From assembly GCA_963823665.1 (NCBI GenBank), contig CAWGMQ010000005.1, positions 32,001 to 96,000 on the forward strand: a stretch of DNA of 64,000 bases, written 5' to 3'. This DNA comes from an uncultured Planctomycetota bacterium (GTDB taxonomy: Bacteria > Planctomycetota > Planctomycetia > Isosphaerales > Isosphaeraceae). Each line of letters begins with the position of its first letter. Position 1 is the stretch's first letter. This document shows, piece by piece, positions 57,979 to 64,000 of this stretch. The notes under the pieces were generated by a model, which saw only the letters and a program-made list of their open reading frames with translations, did no database searches and was not told the origin of the DNA. The position numbers and the translations under genes were made by a program.

Positions 57979-58304
57979 GGTGTTTGCAAACTCCAGAAGG
58001 AGGCCGCACCGGGGCTCCGCGTCGCGTGTCGCCCGCGATTCACGAGCACGGCTCGCGAACGACGGTATCATATCCTATTCGACTACGACGTCATCAGCAT
58101 GATTGGCGCTGATTCGCGTCTGAGCGGCGAGTCGCGAGCGATTCGCTGCCCCCCCTGCCCTCATCCCGCCCGCTCAGATTGCGATTGCACCGCCGCCCCG
58201 TGCGCGCGAATATGACAACAGTCAGACGTGTGTGGTCTTTCCGCTCGCCGACGGTGATCCGATCGTGGAGTACGCTCGGGCGATATCGCGGGAGGCATCT
58301 ATCG

Positions 58305-59425
58305 GTGAGCATTCGAGCCCGATGGCGCGTCGGCGTTGGCCCCGTCTTCGTCTACGAATGCCTGACCTCCTCGAGGCGCTGGCAGGGTTACGCGATGCGC
58401 GCCGGGTTTCTGCTGGTCCTCTTGATCACGCTGCTGGTGATCTGGGATGGAGGCAATTCCGTGCAGCGCCCGAGCGCGATCGTCGCGCTCTATTCGCGCT
58501 CGCCACGACCTTCAGCTTGACCACGGCAACTTTCGGGGGCACGTTGGCCGCTTGCTTGGTCAACTCCGCGCAGGTGTGCGCGGGCCTGCTGATTCTCAGC
58601 GTCATCGCGGCCGCCTCACTCGCCGAGGAGCGGGCCAGCGGTAGTCTCGACCTGCTCTTGACGACGATGATTTCGACCCCGCAAATCGTCCTGGGCAAGT
58701 GGCTCGGCACCTACCGCGCGGTACCGTTCTTTGCCGTACTGCCCGTGGTTATTTCCTTCGGGTTGGCTCACGACCGGTCCGAGACATGGACCGATGCTGT
58801 GGTCCTGATCCTCTACATATTCTGCTCGGGCGCCGCGATCGCGAGCCTCGGGCTCGCGATGGCCACCTGGCTCCCTCGCGTCGGCAGCGCAGTGGCCGCG
58901 ACGGTATCGATTTATCTCGCCATTACCGTCGGCTTGTCGTTCACGTTACTGTGGGCACCTCCGCACAACGGGCTCGTGATGGCCAGCCCGTTCACCTGGG
59001 CGTTCCTCGTGACGTGGAAAACCACCGACAGTACCTTCCCGTTCCATTTTGTCGCGCCACGGGCCATCATCTGGCTCGTCATCATGGCGATCGTCGCAGT
59101 CGCCTTGCTGATCGCCACGCTGGCGACCTTCGACCGCAAGCTCGGCCGCGGAGAGAGCGATTCATCGCGGCGGATGAACGGAATCTTCACGCGCAGCGTG
59201 CGAGCATTCCGGTTCGTGTTCCTCTTGATCGCGGCGCTTGCGACGGTCGACACGATGTCTGATGGACCTACGCCACGCCCGGGCACGGTCGATCAACTCG
59301 CGCTGGTCGTCTTCGCGTGTGTTCACTATGCCGGTGATTCCCCTGTTCCGGCCAAAAGGTTCACTTGCGAGAACATTTTCGCCGAAAGGCTTTTCGTCCA
59401 ATCAAGTCGGGGCGGCGGGATTTGA
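58305..59425 (+). pseudogene. Disrupted ABC-2-type permease (frame break ~58480, probable internal deletion, non-native 3' end)
   Basis: N-terminal GPVFVYECLTSSRRWQGYAMR in one frame; AAASLAEERASGSLDLLLTT..IVLGKW in another; the tail runs into a tRNA fragment. Confidence 0.6.
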
Positions 59426-59427
59426 AC
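59406..59427 (-). other. 3' fragment of tRNA-Pro (possible att site remnant)
   Basis: Minus strand GTTCAAATCCCGCCGCCCCGAC gives T-loop, T-stem 3' side, acceptor 3' side CGCCCCG and discriminator A; the 5' part of the tRNA is absent. Confidence 0.65.
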
Positions 59428-59687
59428 GTCCCGAAGAGACCTTGGCTGTCTTGCCAGGTGCTTCGGTCGGACCGACCGAAGCGCGCGACACCGATCAAGT
59501 TGTTCAAACTCCTCTCGCAGGGTTGTGCGGCTGAGAAAGTCCCGACGCCACGCGCGATTGCTGCGATTTGCCCGTCTCGGCGCTCATAGACCTGACTACC
59601 GGTCGCGGCATGGGTATAATCGCTGCCGGCGGCGGGTGGCGGTCTACGTAGGGCTGCTTTCGTTGCGCCACGATCTCGGAGGCGATC

Positions 59688-60089
59688 ATGAAGGCGATTC
59701 TCTCAATGGCGTTGGTCCTCGGGGTATACGGCCTGGCGGGCGCGGCGGACGACAAGGCGGTCGATCCGGTCGGGACGTGGAAGTGCGAGTATGAGATCGG
59801 CGGACAGCAGCGGACGTCCACCTTGACGATCAAGAAGGACGGGGACAAACACTCCGGGACGATGAGCTGGACGGACCAGAAGGATGAGCCACTCAGGGAC
59901 GTGAAGCTGAAGGAGGGGACGCTGACGTTTTCAGCCGTGCGGAAGTTGGCGGGGATGGATGACGGCATCACCGTCGAATACAAGCTGACGGTTGACGGGG
60001 ATAAGCTCAAGGGGAAGGGCTCGTCGGACCGCGGAGGCGAGAAGCGGGAATGGGATATCGAGGGCAAGAGGCAGAAGGACGATAAGTAG
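59688..60089 (+). CDS. Small secreted beta-barrel-like protein
   Basis: GGAGG RBS, signal peptide, DPVGTWK motif, Lys/Asp-rich. Confidence 0.8.
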   Translation: MKAILSMALVLGVYGLAGAADDKAVDPVGTWKCEYEIGGQQRTSTLTIKKDGDKHSGTMSWTDQKDEPLRDVKLKEGTLTFSAVRKLAGMDDGITVEYKLTVDGDKLKGKGSSDRGGEKREWDIEGKRQKDDK

Positions 60090-60236
60090 TCGTCGCGCAG
60101 TACAGAAGCACGGTGAGAAAGTGGGCTTCCGCGAGCGTCTTCCAGGGAGGGGGATCGGTGATGAGAAAGTAAATGTACAGGATGAATACGGCCACGGTGC
60201 TGGGCAGGACCACCCGCCGTTCGGTGGAATAATCAC

Positions 60237-61259
60237 ATGAGCGGATATCCATCTCGTGATTTCACTTTTTTCTGTTGCGGTTCGTGCGTGGCGTGTGCCT
60301 TGGGGTTTGGGCTATGGTTGTATTCCACGGGATGGCCTTACCCGGTACTTCTGCCGAACACACCAGTTCTGCCGAGCACATCGACGCAAGGCGCTGCGCT
60401 CGGCATACGCAAGACGACGCGATCGCCGACCGTGGCGACGCAAGACGACGCGATCTTCGATCTGAACACCTACCTGCTTCATCGCAACGCGTTCTACCAG
60501 GGTCTGCCCGCGCAGGACGTTCAGAACAAGCGATTGGAGGACCAGGCGAAGTTACTGGAGGCCTACGAGAAAGACCCGGAGAAGTTTCTCAAGCGCTACA
60601 CCGTGAGCGAATGGGTTTTCCTTTTTGATGCCGTCATCGAAGCCAGGAACATGGTTCGCGTCGGGGCGTTTGCTGACGGCGGGAAATGGGTGAGCGATCC
60701 CCAGTCCCTGAAAGCCGGGGCTCTGGTTTACTCGTTCGGCGCCGGGACAGAGATCTCATTCGATACCGAGTCGGCGGGGCTTTACGGCTGCGAAGTTCAT
60801 TGCTTCGACCCCACACCTTCCGTGGAGCGTTCTTTTGCCAAGTACTGCCCCGGCCAACCGGTCGGCAAGGGGAAATTCTGGTATCATGCTGTGGGTCTGG
60901 GACCGGTTTCCCTCGACCCCAAAAAAGCCGATGACCTGGTCCTCGAAGACCGGAAATGTCCGGTCAAACTCCTCAGCGAGCTTGCTGCCGAATTGGGCCA
61001 TGCGCATATAGATATTCTGAAAATTGATATCGAAGGGGGAGAGACGGCGGCTTTGACGGAAATCCTCTCTTCCGGGACACTCAAAAGACTGGCGGTCAAA
61101 CAGCTCTTGGTGGAATTCCATTTGTGGGACGATGAACACTGGAGTTCTTTCGTCCACATCATCAGCCTGCTCCGCAAGCAGGGCTACCTGATTTTCCGCA
61201 AAGAGTTCAATCCTGTGGACGGGCGATGTGCCGAGTTCTCTTTTCTGGGCCCGGATTGA
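60237..61259 (+). CDS. FkbM-like SAM-dependent methyltransferase, membrane-anchored
   Basis: DGGKWV, YSFGAGTEISFD, FDPTP, ILKIDIEGGE, QLLVEFH. Confidence 0.85.
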   Translation: MSGYPSRDFTFFCCGSCVACALGFGLWLYSTGWPYPVLLPNTPVLPSTSTQGAALGIRKTTRSPTVATQDDAIFDLNTYLLHRNAFYQGLPAQDVQNKRLEDQAKLLEAYEKDPEKFLKRYTVSEWVFLFDAVIEARNMVRVGAFADGGKWVSDPQSLKAGALVYSFGAGTEISFDTESAGLYGCEVHCFDPTPSVERSFAKYCPGQPVGKGKFWYHAVGLGPVSLDPKKADDLVLEDRKCPVKLLSELAAELGHAHIDILKIDIEGGETAALTEILSSGTLKRLAVKQLLVEFHLWDDEHWSSFVHIISLLRKQGYLIFRKEFNPVDGRCAEFSFLGPD

Positions 61260-61686
61260 ATATCGTCCTATGACTCTATAGTTTGTCAGCCGCCGCACCG
61301 GCCTCGGGTCCCTGCAAGCGGTCCTTCGCAAGTTTTACCGGAGCGGTGAACAGATATAATAGCCATATCGTATACATAGATGTAGTGAACGAGGTAAGCG
61401 TGATGCCAGCCAGAGGAGCGCAGTCATGCTAATAACCGTGACCCACCTTTGCTACTTCGCGACAGTCGTCACCATCGGAATCCTGCTTGGCGTCGTGTTC
61501 GGGCAGGCGAAACCCGATCAGGCGTGAAGTGAAACTGGCTACCGCCGGCCGCGGCCTCTTGCATGAGGGGCTTGCGGCTGGTCTTGTTTCTGCCGATGCT
61601 GCATCGATGCTCAAAGCTATCGCCGACCACCTGGCTGCTGCTCTACATTCACGATCAAGCCACCCCGCCGCTCTGACGTCGCCACA

Positions 61687-63006
61687 TCAACGACTTGCAA
61701 GCGGCGCACCCAGCACGAGAAACGCCTCGCTCACCGGGCTGGGCACGATCGCCCGGGCCATCTCTCCGATCGGAGCGCGTTTGAGCCGATCGGGAACGAT
61801 CGCGTCCGGCTCGAAGAAGACGCTGCTCGGGTTTCCGCCAAAATCTCCAAGCCTGCCGTCGTGCTGGACGAAGTAATTGTGGTTATTATCGGCCTGCGTG
61901 ACGAGCCCCCCCGGGGAAATGAAAACCGATTGGCTCGGTACCGAATTGACCATCTCGCCGGAATTGATCCACATGAGGCCTGTGCGTATGAGGTCTGTGC
62001 GTAGCTGCGCCCGCCTGCGCCGATGCGGGGCGGCGGCGGCCGGACTGATGGTCTGATTCCGCGGGACCGTGACGGTCACTCCCTCGCCCGTCACGACAGC
62101 CAGGAGCTGCGGGCCCGTCGTGGTCTCGCGCTCCGGAATTTCCACGCGGAGCTCGCGGTCGGAAACCACACGGAAACCGGCAGCTCGCGAGCCGCCGGCT
62201 TGGCCCAGGAACAGTACTGCATTCGTGCGGGCAAACCCCTTGCCGGTAAGCGTGATGATCTCGCCGGATCCGCCCGCGCGCGGCGAGAACCCTCGAATGA
62301 GCGGTGGAACTGCCCGCGCTTCCGACAGGTCCGGTAGTAGCGGAGCCACATACCGGAATGGTCCGACCCCCGGGCACGCCGTGATCTCGGGAACCCTGAC
62401 GAGCGTGACCGCGGCCCGCTGGTTCGGCCTTGCAACACCAGGGCCGAGCTGCGCGGCCGGCTCGTAAAAGACGATGCCGCCGGGATTGCGGAATTCCAGC
62501 AGCGTTCCGCCGCTCTTCACGAAATGCATGGCCGCGTTCGTGCTGTGCACCACGACGCCCCCTTTCTCGATCAGGGCGACGCTCTCGGCGCTCGACACGA
62601 CACCACCGCTCTGCACGTGATAAAACGTTTCGCCGGCCTCGGCGACGTTGGCCCCTTGTACCGACGACCGGACGGTCTGCACGGTCGCGGGCATCGCCAC
62701 CGCCGCGCCACTCTCGGTGAAGACGGCGAGGGTCGCAGCCGCGCCCGGTCGATAGCACTCCGGCACGACCACTTCGATCTCCTCGTCGGAGATAACCTTG
62801 AAGCGGGCGCGCCTCAGCGTGCGGTCGATCGCGAAAACAACACGCCCCGTGGTGGCCAGCCCCTTGCCCTTCAACTGCACCGGAATACCAGCCGGTCCCG
62901 ATTCGGGCGTCATCGAGAAAATCTCCGGTCCCGCCGACGCGACCGGCGGAAGAACCATGCCGATCACCACAACGAGCGTCCAGGGCAACCGTTGTCGTAT
63001 GCACAT
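61687..63006 (-). CDS. Secreted protein with two IPT/TIG domains
   Basis: Signal peptide; PEIFSMTPESGPAG..LKGKGL..FKVISD and IRGFSPRAGGSG..LTGKGF..FRVVSD. Confidence 0.8.
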   Translation of the reverse strand: MCIRQRLPWTLVVVIGMVLPPVASAGPEIFSMTPESGPAGIPVQLKGKGLATTGRVVFAIDRTLRRARFKVISDEEIEVVVPECYRPGAAATLAVFTESGAAVAMPATVQTVRSSVQGANVAEAGETFYHVQSGGVVSSAESVALIEKGGVVVHSTNAAMHFVKSGGTLLEFRNPGGIVFYEPAAQLGPGVARPNQRAAVTLVRVPEITACPGVGPFRYVAPLLPDLSEARAVPPLIRGFSPRAGGSGEIITLTGKGFARTNAVLFLGQAGGSRAAGFRVVSDRELRVEIPERETTTGPQLLAVVTGEGVTVTVPRNQTISPAAAAPHRRRRAQLRTDLIRTGLMWINSGEMVNSVPSQSVFISPGGLVTQADNNHNYFVQHDGRLGDFGGNPSSVFFEPDAIVPDRLKRAPIGEMARAIVPSPVSEAFLVLGAPLASR

Positions 63007-63028
63007 CGGTTAAGCCTCCTCGCCTCCG

Positions 63029-64000
63029 TCAGCGGCCGTTGTGCGCCAGCCGCCCCGAACCCGATCGTCGGCTCGACTCGGACAAAAGCTTGCGCACCTG
63101 GTTGCTCAAACCGGCGTCGATCGGCTCGACCGCGGCCAGCAGCGTGCGCAACTGCGGGCCCGATCGGTCGTGCTCCTTCGCTTCCTGGACGATCCCCTGA
63201 GCCAGTGCGTAGGCCAGATCAGCCGGCTTGTCCCAGGTTGTAACGGTGGCCAACTGGCGGGCATTGCTTCGGGTAATGACAAAGAGCGGCGCCCCCTGAT
63301 CGGGCGCGGCATATGGCGAGACGCCTAGCCGCCGCGAAAGCGCCGGCAGCTCGTTGATCGGCAGCGCGATCACTACATAGGAGCTTGCCAGAGCGTCGAG
63401 CGGCTCTGACCGGACGAGGCCGCGGCCGGCTACGGTGCGCTCCCACTCACGCAGAACATCCGAAGTTTCCGCGACCTTGTGCAAGATCAACAAGATCGGC
63501 AGCTTCGCGCGGTTCGCGGCGGCAAATGCCCGCTCGGCGGCATCGAGCTCGGTCTCGGGCCCGCTCAAGGGCTGACCGAGGATGTCTGCGAACACTCGGT
63601 GATAAACGTCCTTCAGCATCGGCAGCGGCTCTTCGGCCAGCAGCCTGTGAATCTGCACGAGCGTCGAACGACTCCCGCGCTGTTCCAGGCTCTCGCAGGC
63701 TTCACGATGGCCAACGGCAACCTGGACGGCGTTGCCCCGGGCTTCGCGATCGAGCTGCACCGCCCAGCGCGCCTCCGCCAGCAGTTCGTCCGCGGTCGCC
63801 GGGCCGGTCAATCCGTGAATGACCCGCCCGTCCGGGGTGCAGAAATAGCTCGCCACGTTCCCGCCGTTCTTTTGCAGATTGCCAAACTGATTGACGACCT
63901 CAAAACTGCCAACCTGCTGGTGTGCCGAAACGAAGTGCGCGGCGAAATATCGTGCCACGTTGGGGTCTGACAGGGCGCCCGCCCTGTATGCACTCGCGTT
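63029..64000 (-). CDS. Thioredoxin-like hypothetical protein (5'-partial; frame open to window end)
   Basis: Frame open from 64000 (NASAYRAGALSDPNVARYFAAHFV..GGNVASYFCTPDGRVIH). Confidence 0.7.
   Translation of the reverse strand, partial: NASAYRAGALSDPNVARYFAAHFVSAHQQVGSFEVVNQFGNLQKNGGNVASYFCTPDGRVIHGLTGPATADELLAEARWAVQLDREARGNAVQVAVGHREACESLEQRGSRSTLVQIHRLLAEEPLPMLKDVYHRVFADILGQPLSGPETELDAAERAFAAANRAKLPILLILHKVAETSDVLREWERTVAGRGLVRSEPLDALASSYVVIALPINELPALSRRLGVSPYAAPDQGAPLFVITRSNARQLATVTTWDKPADLAYALAQGIVQEAKEHDRSGPQLRTLLAAVEPIDAGLSNQVRKLLSESSRRSGSGRLAHNGR

Noticed and set aside
59406..59480. Complete tRNA-Pro gene
   Set aside because: Similarity stops at the T-loop; D and anticodon arms cannot be formed, so it is kept only as a fragment.

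Overview
GC-rich bacterial chromosomal window, most likely from a planctomycete of the Isosphaeraceae type. The taxonomy is inferred from a LExRxLL export motif, a PVC-type heme protein, an ECF sigma factor of the kinase-paired type and dockerin/cohesin surface domains. The first 17 kb encode one giant surface protein (>5,600 aa, N-terminus outside the window). It has sugar-binding-like repeats, a Gly-rich region, PA14, a beta-propeller, PKD/Ig/Fn3 domains, a cohesin-like domain, a 639-bp tandem repeat array and a C-terminal dockerin-like pair. The rest holds an ECF sigma factor with a truncated partner, an S41 peptidase, a PVC heme protein, two putative glycosyltransferases, a Tat oxidoreductase, a GH135-like hydrolase, PsbP-like and TPM proteins, a His-rich protein with CzcB/CzcA efflux genes, an amidase with a small partner, DUF2071, CAP, degenerate GGDEF and DinB genes, three tandem paralogs with GspG-like tails, a di-heme cytochrome c, pyk, a multi-VanZ protein, a broken ABC permease beside a tRNA-Pro 3' fragment, a methyltransferase, an IPT/TIG protein, and an edge gene with a SECIS-like hairpin. 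About 13 genes carry single frameshifts, most likely uncorrected sequencing indels. All family calls come from motif recognition by eye; no database searches were run.
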